A DNA stretch of 27,028 bases from Candidatus Bathyarchaeia archaeon (GTDB lineage: Archaea > Thermoproteota > Bathyarchaeia > Bathyarchaeales > Bathycorpusculaceae): contig JBEKBM010000031.1 of NCBI GenBank assembly GCA_050015395.1, forward strand, positions 1-27,028. The letters run 5' to 3'. Under the pieces are notes generated by a model that was not told the DNA's origin, did no database searches, and worked only from the letters and a program-made list of their open reading frames with translations. Below are positions 17,938 to 25,698 of this stretch, in pieces (position 1 is the first letter of the stretch; each line of letters starts with the position of its first letter). The translations under genes and the position numbers were made by a program.

Positions 17938-18768
17938 CTATTCCGTCCAAAACACCCAATCGTTTTCTTCTTTTGTTCCTTTCAAAGTCTTGCCAAGTCG
18001 CCTTTTCAATGATTCGCGCACAGCTTTGGCTTTACCGCTCGTTGGAAGTCCCTTTTCCTTGAGAGACTTCAGCACATCTTCGACTTTCCTTTTATTCGGC
18101 AATTTAAAATAACCTTCATCAATCAGCTCATCAATTTTCGGCGAGAACAGTTCTTTCCTTGAGCCGCCTTGTTTTCCTTCTGGTTCAAGCGTCGGTTTAA
18201 CTCCGGTGGCTATTTGATTAATCATTTTAAAAGTTTCAACTTTGGCTGAATCAACGAGTTTATACTGCCTAGATTTTGTTTGACCTTTTTTCAGGAACAC
18301 CTCAGGTTTGTTATCCAAATATTTAGACAAATTCGCGAGGCCCCCTATACCGTGGCTTTCTAGAGCCTGAGACAAATTGAGCCATTGTTGCCCATAAACC
18401 TCCCCATAAGCAGCCAACAAAAGTCTAGAAACAATAATTTGTTTTTCAGATTGTTTTCCTTCCAAAGAAACAACAAAAACTGGCTTGTCTTTCTCAAAAT
18501 GATATACATTCTTCAACTGTTTAATGCTCAAATTGCATTTTGCCGCAAATTCTTCAATAGTAGCTTCTATTGTTGTTGCTTCCAATGGTGTGGAGATATC
18601 TGATTTTTTTTGATTTACACTTTTTTCTGTAACAATAAAGTCGTTAAGTGATCTTGACAGAACAATTTCAAATGCTTTTAAGCGAAAAGGTTCTTCGACA
18701 TCCTTTGTAATGCTTATTGCTCTTTGAATTTCGGCTCTAATTCGCTCATCTTCAAGATTCTTTGCCAT
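17938..18768 (-). CDS. Hypothetical multi-domain protein with C-terminal winged helix, partner of the HEPN gene
   Basis: 276 aa, 1-nt gap to the HEPN gene, C-terminal IDELIDEGYFK...VEDVLKSLKEKG motif. Confidence 0.75.
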   Translation of the reverse strand: MAKNLEDERIRAEIQRAISITKDVEEPFRLKAFEIVLSRSLNDFIVTEKSVNQKKSDISTPLEATTIEATIEEFAAKCNLSIKQLKNVYHFEKDKPVFVVSLEGKQSEKQIIVSRLLLAAYGEVYGQQWLNLSQALESHGIGGLANLSKYLDNKPEVFLKKGQTKSRQYKLVDSAKVETFKMINQIATGVKPTLEPEGKQGGSRKELFSPKIDELIDEGYFKLPNKRKVEDVLKSLKEKGLPTSGKAKAVRESLKRRLGKTLKGTKEENDWVFWTE

Positions 18769-18948
18769 TTTTTATCAAATTATATTATTTGAAGCCGTTT
18801 AGCTTATAAATCAAACGGTTTGTTAATGGAGCCTTTTTTTTCTGTTGCATTGAGATCTCATACTTTAATCGTTCAGAGTTCTGAAATCACAAAAATATAC
18901 ATGGTATGATGACGGAAAAATTTTATTTACGTCTATCCTAATGTAGTC

Positions 18949-19449
18949 TTGTCCAAAATCCTTTTTCATTTTGACACAATCAAAAAATTTTTTAGCCAGT
19001 TCAAGGGAATCGGGATTGTTATAGATCAATATTTAGTCAAACGGAAAGCTCTAGAGTACAATTTGCGACCCTATAAGGTGAATAATAAAGGAGAATTTGT
19101 AACAATTTATTCTGATCAAGACATTGTTATATTTAAAGACAAAATTTTACAAGACTATGACGAATTTGTTAAGCTAAGAGATGAATTAGGCGGTCTATCC
19201 CCCTTACCTAAGGACTTTTTGAAAATAATGTTTGTAAATCGATTAACGGATGCACGGTATAGCAAGAACAGTGATGGCAATTTGATTTTCGTCAATCTGG
19301 CTGCTTTTCATGCTCATCGCGACAGATTCTTTTGGCTATTCACAATTGCAAGAGAATTAGCATACATTCGAAACCACCGACTTGGATATCCGTTCTTTAT
19401 AGACATGCGTAGGCTAATGGTACATGCTCTAAATAGGCAGTTTAAGTAA
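18949..19449 (+). CDS. Degenerate zincin-like protein, probably a 5'-truncated gene fragment
   Basis: IFVNL...FWLFTIARELAY resembles HELAH with both His lost. An upstream frame (..KYTWYDDGKI / FIYVYPNVV) continues across a frameshift near 18920. Confidence 0.5.
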   Translation: MSKILFHFDTIKKFFSQFKGIGIVIDQYLVKRKALEYNLRPYKVNNKGEFVTIYSDQDIVIFKDKILQDYDEFVKLRDELGGLSPLPKDFLKIMFVNRLTDARYSKNSDGNLIFVNLAAFHAHRDRFFWLFTIARELAYIRNHRLGYPFFIDMRRLMVHALNRQFK

Positions 19450-19526
19450 AACCTATCATCTTTATTTCAGCCCTTTTTTCCTGTTGGAACAAAGAATTAT
19501 GTGTTCGCGTGTGCGCGTGTGTGAGC

Positions 19527-19594
19527 TTGTAATTTAGGGGTGGAGACGTCACTTGTTTGGATAGATCTGCAATTATTCTAGCTGAGGGTTCCCA
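19527..19594 (+). repeat. Displaced mobA 5' fragment A (RBS + first 12 codons)
   Basis: TTGTAATTTAGGGGTGGAGACGTCACTTGTTTGGATAGATCTGCAATTATTCTAGCTGAGGGTTCCCA, near-identical to 23084-23151. Encodes MDRSAIILAEGSHK*. Confidence 0.9.
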
Positions 19595-19746
19595 CAAATA
19601 GTTGAATCATAAGTAGGATACTCGTGTTTCAACAATTTAAATCGCAAAAAATCATTGAAAAAAACATTTTGACAAGCTCAAGATACTTGGCTTTTGACTT
19701 AACCGACTTTGAGTCACTGATACCAAACAACAGATAAGATGCAGTA

Positions 19747-19795
19747 GGCACACCGAGGTATTTGAATCCTAGACCTTTTAAGTGCCAGTCAAGCA
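19747..19795 (-). pseudogene. Degenerate tRNA 3' half, Ala(GGC)-like
   Basis: Minus strand CTTGA-CTGGCAC-TTAAA-AGGTC-TAGGA-TTCAAAT-ACCTC: anticodon arm, variable loop and T-loop in register, with broken stems. Confidence 0.5.
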
Positions 19796-19824
19796 CCTAA
19801 ACAAAATTTACTTGTTGGCTGTTG

Positions 19825-19885
19825 TGGGTGCTCCGTATGTTTTTTAACTTGTTTTGTAATTTATGGGTGAAGACGTTACCTGTTT
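19825..19885 (+). repeat. Displaced mobA upstream fragment B (promoter/RBS only)
   Basis: TGGGTGCTCCGTATGTTTTTTAACTTGTTTTGTAATTTATGGGTGAAGACGTTACCTGTTT matches 22277-22338 and 23055-23115. Confidence 0.9.
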
Positions 19886-19965
19886 CTCACGCAAATCCTT
19901 CCGCCTTTTTCAAATTTATTAGTAGGGTTGGCATAGGTGTATTCTGAGTAGTTCGGGGTAATTTA

Positions 19966-20187
19966 ATGGCTAAGACTGCGTATTTAGATGAGGAAGACCG
20001 TAAGCTCCTCTTGGAAACCAAGCAAAAGCTAGACGAAGCTACTAAGCTGATGGGTAAGCGCATGGAAACCATTGAAGTTTTAAGTGATTCAGAAATGATG
20101 AAAGCTATCCAGCAAGGTCAAGATGATATTAAAGCTGGAAGAGTCAAGGAGTTACGCAAGCTTCTCAAGGAAGAGCGCTTTTGCTAA
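19966..20187 (+). CDS. Putative antitoxin with Phd/YefM/RelB-like C-terminus
   Basis: METIEVLSDSEMMKAIQQGQDDIKAGRV is typical of RelE-partner antitoxins. No RelE follows. Confidence 0.7.
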   Translation: MAKTAYLDEEDRKLLLETKQKLDEATKLMGKRMETIEVLSDSEMMKAIQQGQDDIKAGRVKELRKLLKEERFC

Positions 20188-20242
20188 GAATTCTTTTAGA
20201 ATAAATTAATTACTTACTGGGGATAGATAACTATAGTTCTAG

Positions 20243-20689
20243 ATGTCTCACAAAATAGAGAAAGTAAAACCAAACAAAGAAGCATTGAAAAAGCATATTG
20301 AACTTCCTAAATGTGAGGTTGAAGAGGGTAAAACGTGGTATCCCCCAGATGAATTTTTGGTTCTTGCACATGACATTATGATTGAACGTTATGGTTATTG
20401 GTCAGGTTTTGAGGTAGGCCTAGAACCTTATCACTGCTATATTGAAGAAGTAAAGAATGCTGAAGGCATATACCGTAAAGCCGCTATACTGCTAAAGAGA
20501 ATTGCTACTAGTAGAATATTTCAAGACGGACATCATAGAACAGCTTTTGAAGTGACAAAGGCTTTCCTTGAAGTAAATGGAGCAGAACTCAAGGAAAAAG
20601 ATGAGTTGAAGATAATTAAATTTATAAAAGACATACGCAAGTATGATATTGAACAAATAGAAGGTTGGCTTAAGAATGGCACTTTGTAA
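20243..20689 (+). CDS. Fic/Doc-family protein with a variant active-site loop
   Basis: AHDIMIERYG, IYRKAAILL and RIFQDGHHRTAF (canonical HxFxDGNxRT), then FLEVNG. Confidence 0.8.
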   Translation: MSHKIEKVKPNKEALKKHIELPKCEVEEGKTWYPPDEFLVLAHDIMIERYGYWSGFEVGLEPYHCYIEEVKNAEGIYRKAAILLKRIATSRIFQDGHHRTAFEVTKAFLEVNGAELKEKDELKIIKFIKDIRKYDIEQIEGWLKNGTL

Positions 20690-20777
20690 AAGACCTTATG
20701 AAATACTCATCAGGAATATTAAAGCTGATGATAAGATTCTTAGGGGACTTAATAATAGTGCTGTGAAAGCTGAATAA
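20676..20777 (+). CDS. 33-aa ORF overlapping the fic 3' end, candidate small antitoxin
   Basis: MALCKRPYEILIRNIKADDKILRGLNNSAVKAE*. Below the ORF-track cutoff, 14-nt overlap with fic. Confidence 0.45.
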   Translation: MALCKRPYEILIRNIKADDKILRGLNNSAVKAE

Positions 20778-20847
20778 TTATAATTTTTTATTTTTTTGGA
20801 AAGTTTTAAGTCCTGCGCTAGTCCTACTTGGTCATGGTGAATTTTAC

Positions 20848-21138
20848 TTGGGTGAAGAGGTAAAAGTGACTCGAAAGTATCAAGTTACTATACCCCAAAG
20901 CGTTCGCTCTAAGCTTGGCGTTAAAATTGGCGACAAACTCATTGTAAAGTCTGAAAACAAACGCATAATAATGGAATCCCCTAAACGCCTTTCCAACCCA
21001 TCTGATGCTCTTTGGAATCTTTTCGGCAAGCCTCTAGACATAGATGCAACCAAACTTGTTGAAGGATCTTGGAATGGATCGGAAAAAAATCAAACACGTC
21101 AAGATCATAAGACTCCTCGAATACGAGAGATTAGTTAA
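20848..21138 (+). CDS. AbrB/MazE/SpoVT-family DNA-binding protein, orphan antitoxin
   Basis: VKVTRKYQVTIPQSVRSKLGVKIGDKL motif. No toxin gene downstream. Confidence 0.85.
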   Translation: MGEEVKVTRKYQVTIPQSVRSKLGVKIGDKLIVKSENKRIIMESPKRLSNPSDALWNLFGKPLDIDATKLVEGSWNGSEKNQTRQDHKTPRIREIS

Positions 21139-21286
21139 AACCCAAAAGTAAGGTGCCGTCCGCCTTTCGGTTTTTCACGGGAGGCTTGAATTTTGACCTT
21201 TGACTTATGGCTCATGCTTGCATAAAGAAGGACGCTGTCTCTTGATTGTAAAAAGAGGAGATTAATGCAGCCTCATCTATGGCATA

Positions 21287-22021
21287 TTAAGTGTTGTTGT
21301 GAGTTATTATCTGCTGCGGGGTCGAAACGGTGATCTGAGAGTCTGATGCTGAAGTCATCGTAAAAGTTAATGTATTCGAATCGATTGAACCGCTGAGGTT
21401 AAAATCAAAGGTCTGGCCAGAACCGGCAGTGCCTTGAGCGTTCGCGGTAAGTTGTGAACCAGAAGTTGTGCCCACAAAGTTAAAGACCGTATCGCTGCCA
21501 CCAGCGGTAATTGCTTGCTGCAGACTTCCAGAAACACTTGTAGGCGTGAGGTCTATACTCAATTGTATGTTGCTTCCACTCTGTTCAACCGCGCAGTCGA
21601 TGTTTGCCGTCATTGTTCCAGAAAGCGTATTTCCATTTGACTGCATACTAAGGTCAAATTGACCGCTACCACCATAACTACCAGTCGGATTGCTCGGCGA
21701 CGGATTATTATTATTTACTCCACCTTGGCTTCCATTACCGTTATTGCTGCTGTTCCCGTTATTGTTATTATTGTTATTGTTGTTATTGCTGTTGCCATTG
21801 CTGTTATTGTTATTTCCGTTGTTGTTACTGTTGCTGTTTTGATTGTTGCTGTTCGCAACGTACCCAAAGTTTATGTTCAATTTCTGCAATTCTGGTCCAA
21901 TTACAGTGAAACTTAAGTATCCCCCAAGAATCATTCCAACGAAAAGAACCACAACCACAATACCGACAACTTTACCTAGCCCAACAGAATGCCCTTTCTT
22001 TTTTGGTTTTTCTTCACCCAT
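21287..22021 (-). CDS. Membrane-anchored exported protein with Asn-rich linker and beta-rich domain
   Basis: Basic N-terminus + TM helix, a poly-Asn/Ser/Gly linker, then alternating beta strands. Confidence 0.8.
   Translation of the reverse strand: MGEEKPKKKGHSVGLGKVVGIVVVVLFVGMILGGYLSFTVIGPELQKLNINFGYVANSNNQNSNSNNNGNNNNSNGNSNNNNNNNNNNGNSSNNGNGSQGGVNNNNPSPSNPTGSYGGSGQFDLSMQSNGNTLSGTMTANIDCAVEQSGSNIQLSIDLTPTSVSGSLQQAITAGGSDTVFNFVGTTSGSQLTANAQGTAGSGQTFDFNLSGSIDSNTLTFTMTSASDSQITVSTPQQIITHNNT
21735..21855 (-). repeat. Imperfect (AAC/AAT)n trinucleotide tract encoding poly-Asn
   Basis: Runs of GTT/ATT/GCT triplets on the + strand. Confidence 0.8.
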
Positions 22022-22201
22022 TTAGTAAACCTTCATTTTTCTTCTTGTAAAAACCAATTGGCAGCATCTAAGTTTATAAAGCTTTCATAAAAACAGTCTT
22101 TTAACTTGTCTGCAACCTCAGCGGCAACACGCTATTTAGAAAAAGAAGCAAACAGCTAAAACAATGCCAAAAGGACCGTTGAATCACGAAAAATCATGGA
22201 C

Positions 22202-22235
22202 TAGTGGACCAGGGGGGGGATTTGAACCCACGCCT
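22202..22235 (-). pseudogene. tRNA 3'-end fragment (T-arm + acceptor strand)
   Basis: Minus strand GGCGTGGGTTCAAATCCCCCCCCTGGTCCACTA. No D-arm or anticodon arm upstream. The GGTCCA end resembles tRNA-Ala. Confidence 0.65.
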
Positions 22236-22276
22236 GCTGGAAATTTCAGCCAAGAAGCCGCTTTTAACTTTAGTTT

Positions 22277-22405
22277 TGGGTGCTCCGTATGTTTTTTTAA
22301 CTTGTTTTGTAATTTAAGGATGGAGACGTCACCTGTTTGGATATATCTGCAATTATTTTGGCTGGTGGTTCGTCAGTTGGGTTTGAGGAAGATAAGGATC
22401 TGATG
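22277..22405 (+). repeat. Displaced mobA 5' fragment C (promoter + about 23 codons)
   Basis: Same upstream block, then TTG 22337 MDISAIILAGGSSVGFEEDKDLM versus the intact MDRSAIILAEGSQGKFNEDRGLL. Confidence 0.9.
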
Positions 22406-22497
22406 GGACAGATGGTAAGCCTGCGTATGTTGGCTATAAGTGGATGTATGTTGATAACTGTTAAATACTTCTCAAAGCTATTTGGGTTTTGAGAGAT

Positions 22498-22710
22498 ATG
22501 ACATCAGAAGCAGAACTTAAAGAGATTCGCAGTCTGCTTGTCCAACTAAACAAGAAAGTACAAGGGCTTAATGAACTGGTTGAAGAGCGGCTAATCGGAT
22601 GTGAAGAGCCCACTAAAGAAGATGTTGAAGCTATAGAGGAATACGAGGCTGCAAAGAGAAACAAAAAACTGCGTCTTGAGCCTTTGAATGAATTAACGAA
22701 AGGGAATTAG
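22498..22710 (+). CDS. Putative antitoxin of a RelE-type module
   Basis: Coiled coil + EEPTKEDVEAIEEYE acidic motif, 3 nt upstream of a relE pseudogene. Confidence 0.75.
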   Translation: MTSEAELKEIRSLLVQLNKKVQGLNELVEERLIGCEEPTKEDVEAIEEYEAAKRNKKLRLEPLNELTKGN

Positions 22711-22713
22711 CAT

Positions 22714-22980
22714 TTGCCCAAGCACCTAGTTTTTGTTTAAGGCAAAGCTAAAAAGCAGTTTAAGAAGTTGCCCAAAGAAAATCAAGAAAGGATACTTTTA
22801 GCTCTGAAAACTTTAGAGGATTAGGGTCTTTCAACTAGGTTAGACATCAAGAAACTGCATGGGTACAAAAACCATTACCGTATTAGAGTTGGAAAAATAG
22901 TAAGAATACTGTTTGAGCTTTCAACTGACCAAAGAATAGTTGTCTTTTCTATTTCGACGCGCGAAAAAGCATATGAGTAA
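22714..22980 (+). pseudogene. relE: RelE/ParE-family toxin pseudogene
   Basis: MPKHLVFV*GKAKKQFKKLPKENQERI...ED*G...DIKKLHGYKNHYRIRVG..RILF...REKAYE. In-frame TAA at 22738 and TAG at 22822. Confidence 0.9.
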
Positions 22981-23054
22981 TCGTGAAACCAAAGGCGTAG
23001 AGTCGAAGCTCTTGCTTTCAGGGAAGGCCGAGACGGTTATTTAATATTAGTTAA

Positions 23055-23113
23055 TGGGTTCTCTGTATGTTTTTTAACTTGTTTTGTAATTTAAGGGTGG
23101 AGACGTCACCTGT
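23055..23113 (+). promoter_or_regulatory. mobA promoter/RBS block (repeat copy D)
   Basis: TTTTTTAA TATA-like box and GGGTGGAG SD-like sequence before the TTG start. Template of copies A-C. Confidence 0.7.
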
Positions 23114-23752
23114 TTGGATAGATCTGCAATTATTCTGGCCGAGGGTTCCCAGGGCAAGTTCAATGAAGACAGGGGTCTTTTGAAACTGGACAATAAACCC
23201 TTGTTAAACCACGTAGTTGACACAGTAAAAGGCATTGTCGGCGAAGTATTAGTGGTTACCAGCTCAAAGGAACAATCAGACCTGTACGCTAAAATTGTTT
23301 CGTCAGCTAATGTTCAATTTGCCATCAGCGTTGACAAGTCGAAAGATCCTTTAGCGGGGGCTTCAACTGGTTTTAAGGCTGCCCAAGGCAAATATTCGCT
23401 GCTTCTGCCGTTTGATGCGCCGTTTGTTTCCAAAGAGGTGGTGTCTTTGCTTTTTGATTGTTGCATTGGCAAGTCAGCGGTTATTCCAAGATGGCCAAGC
23501 CGCCAAATTGAACCCTTACATGCAGTTTACCATACAGAGCAAGCGTTGGAAGCAGCTGAAGAAGCGTTAGCAAGCGGTGAGCTTGAAGTGGAAGTAATGG
23601 TAAGTAAAATGCGTGGGGTACGCTACCTTTCGACTTTAGTTATAGAACAGTTAGACCCTGATTTTCGAACTTTCTTCAAAATTAAGTCACCCTTGGATCT
23701 AAGGAAAGCTGTGGCAATGGCAAAGCCCAGAAAAACAAAAAGTCGACAGTGA
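23114..23752 (+). CDS. mobA: Molybdenum cofactor guanylyltransferase (MobA-like NTP transferase)
   Basis: SAIILAxG, KPLLNHV, PLAG, PFDAPFV and IEPLHAVY motifs. The Gly-rich loop is LAEG rather than LAGG. Confidence 0.85.
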   Translation: MDRSAIILAEGSQGKFNEDRGLLKLDNKPLLNHVVDTVKGIVGEVLVVTSSKEQSDLYAKIVSSANVQFAISVDKSKDPLAGASTGFKAAQGKYSLLLPFDAPFVSKEVVSLLFDCCIGKSAVIPRWPSRQIEPLHAVYHTEQALEAAEEALASGELEVEVMVSKMRGVRYLSTLVIEQLDPDFRTFFKIKSPLDLRKAVAMAKPRKTKSRQ

Positions 23753-24031
23753 TGCATGTCCCACGAGACTTAAGCCGCCTTATTTAAGCTGCTTAGCCAC
23801 GCGTTTAGCTTGTTGTAGTGCCGATACAGTCACATCATTATTTATGGCTCTACCTGTACTAATGCTAATAGTCGCCTAGGATGTGATAAATCCAAAAGCG
23901 TTTGGCAAATGAACGGTTAACTGAAACGCAAGCGACAAAGTATTGTTCCCCCCTCTCTCTTCCGAACAAACCCTTTTTGCTTGCGCCAAGTTAACTCAAT
24001 CATTTGCCAAAAAAATTTTTAAAAAAAGGAG

Positions 24032-24388
24032 ATGACAGCTATGGAGTTTTGCGCGGAATGCGGTTCTCGACTTGTACCTAAAAAAGTAAGTTCGGGAAAA
24101 CAAGCTTTAGTAATGCTAGTATGTACTAAATGTGAATTTAAAAAGCAAGAATTAAACGATAACGTAAAAGTCGGCACTAAAATCATAGAGCATAACCCGA
24201 AGCAGTTTGTGGCTGTCATAGGGAAAGAAGAGCAACTTAGTACGTTGCCAACTGTACGAATCGACTGCCCCAGATGTGAGAATAACACAGCTAATGTTTG
24301 GCAAGTGCAAACCAGAGGATCAGATGAATCTTCAACTCAGTTTTTCCGATGCCTCAGGTGCGGCTTCACATTTCGAGAGTACACTTAA
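24032..24388 (+). CDS. tfs: Archaeal transcription elongation/cleavage factor S (RpoM/TFS)
   Basis: Two zinc ribbons (FCAECG...CTKC and CPRC...CLRCG) and QTRGSDE with the catalytic DE pair. Confidence 0.92.
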   Translation: MTAMEFCAECGSRLVPKKVSSGKQALVMLVCTKCEFKKQELNDNVKVGTKIIEHNPKQFVAVIGKEEQLSTLPTVRIDCPRCENNTANVWQVQTRGSDESSTQFFRCLRCGFTFREYT

Positions 24389-24516
24389 ACCATTCATTTT
24401 ATTAAAAAAAATTTAAACAGAGTTACATGTTATCATAAGCGTACGAATAGAAAATTTACCGTTATTTCGTAGATTAGTATTTTTTGCTAGCTCGCACTTG
24501 CATTATGGATTCTTGC

Positions 24517-24843
24517 CTAGAACTGTTTCATGTATTCCTTAACTGTTTTCACCTTATCAGTCATTGTCCTTTGCTTATCTCTTCGGTCATCTATCCTCAG
24601 CGTGGATGAAACTCTTTTGATCCCCATAGCGATGATGGCTTCATGCGCTTGGCGGACAGCTTCAAATATTGTGTCAAGATCTTTTGCTGCGAGGATGGTC
24701 CCCATGGGTGTTACTTCAAAGTCTAAGCCTTTCACATTCTTTAAAGCGTTAACCGCAGCTGCCACATAACGACCTACGCTGCTTCCAGCTTGACCAATTG
24801 GTATTATGCTAAATTCGGCTATAACTGGGTGATTTTTATCCAA
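24517..24843 (-). CDS. MTH1187/YkoF-like thiamine-binding protein
   Basis: AEFSIIPIG, SVGRYVA, VTPMGT and RIDDRRDK motifs. Confidence 0.9.
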   Translation of the reverse strand: MDKNHPVIAEFSIIPIGQAGSSVGRYVAAAVNALKNVKGLDFEVTPMGTILAAKDLDTIFEAVRQAHEAIIAMGIKRVSSTLRIDDRRDKQRTMTDKVKTVKEYMKQF

Positions 24844-24901
24844 CAGAAAAACCTCAAAATTGAAGTATCTGAACTAAGCATTTAAAGTTTCTTAACCATG
24901 A

Positions 24902-25618
24902 TTAAGCGTGTTTGCGCTTGCATGTTTCATCTTCGCTAAATTTTTCGCTTGATCTCCATTTTCGAGTTATAAATGTAATTGCCAAGACGGTGAAAATAAT
25001 TAGCAAGATTAAAGTTACTGCTGTGTAAGCTAAACCTATCTTGGAAGGAAGAACCTCGTAGATGCCTACTAGCCCGAATATTAGAAATATTGTTGCTGAA
25101 ACCCACTTAATTGTTCTCTGTGGAATGTGTTTACCTAAAACAACGCCCGCAACAATTCCGATTCCGTCTGCCACCAACATGCCCAAGGTTGCTCCAATAA
25201 AAACGCTTACTGCATTTTGGTATTGGGCTGCTAAACTAATTGTTGTAAGCTGAGTCTTATCTCCAAACTCCGCAATAAAAAACGCTATGAATACGGTTCC
25301 GACCACTCCGAACCGTGAAGCTTTTTTATCTGCACTTTTCGGTTTGTCGCCTCTTAGAGTCCATAGTCCAAAGCCGATGAATGAAAGTGAAGCTGCCAGC
25401 GAGATTACATCTATAGGCACGATTGTAGTTAGAAGTTGGCCTACGGCTACTGTGATTGCAAAATTAGCCATTGTTGCTAAGAAAACTGCAAAAAGTACCT
25501 TGTAGGCGTTGTATCGTGTGGCAAAAGACATGGCTAAAAACTGAGTTTTATCGCCCATTTCCGCCAAAGCAATAAGCAGAAAGGAAGCAACCAAGGCGGC
25601 TAAGCTAAAGTCCAACAA
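24902..25618 (-). CDS. TMEM165/GDT1 (UPF0016) Mn2+/Ca2+ transporter
   Basis: Two ExGDKTQ motifs (AEMGDKTQ, AEFGDKTQ) and multiple TM helices. Confidence 0.93.
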   Translation of the reverse strand: MLDFSLAALVASFLLIALAEMGDKTQFLAMSFATRYNAYKVLFAVFLATMANFAITVAVGQLLTTIVPIDVISLAASLSFIGFGLWTLRGDKPKSADKKASRFGVVGTVFIAFFIAEFGDKTQLTTISLAAQYQNAVSVFIGATLGMLVADGIGIVAGVVLGKHIPQRTIKWVSATIFLIFGLVGIYEVLPSKIGLAYTAVTLILLIIFTVLAITFITRKWRSSEKFSEDETCKRKHA

Positions 25619-25698
25619 GGCTCTTCATCGTTCACCTGAATTTTACTGGGTGATAATTTTGTTTACTTGTTTATTTACTCTTCCACTTTCGCACTATT

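Noticed and set aside
21150-21220. Third tRNA relic (CATAA..AGGTC..TTCAA on the minus strand)
   Set aside because: The stems do not pair, so it is too degenerate to support.
22164-22403. 79-aa ORF in the track
   Set aside because: It is a read-through of an antisense tRNA fragment (GGFEPTP) and the mobA repeat.
22714-22980. Stop-codon recoding (pyrrolysine) of relE
   Set aside because: One of the two internal stops is TAA, and TAG ends normal genes in this window.
13860-23055. Intact provirus
   Set aside because: No portal, capsid, tail, replication or integrase genes are recognisable.
25619-25698. yybP-ykoY Mn riboswitch upstream of the TMEM165 gene
   Set aside because: The spacer is short and AT-rich, with no recognisable aptamer.
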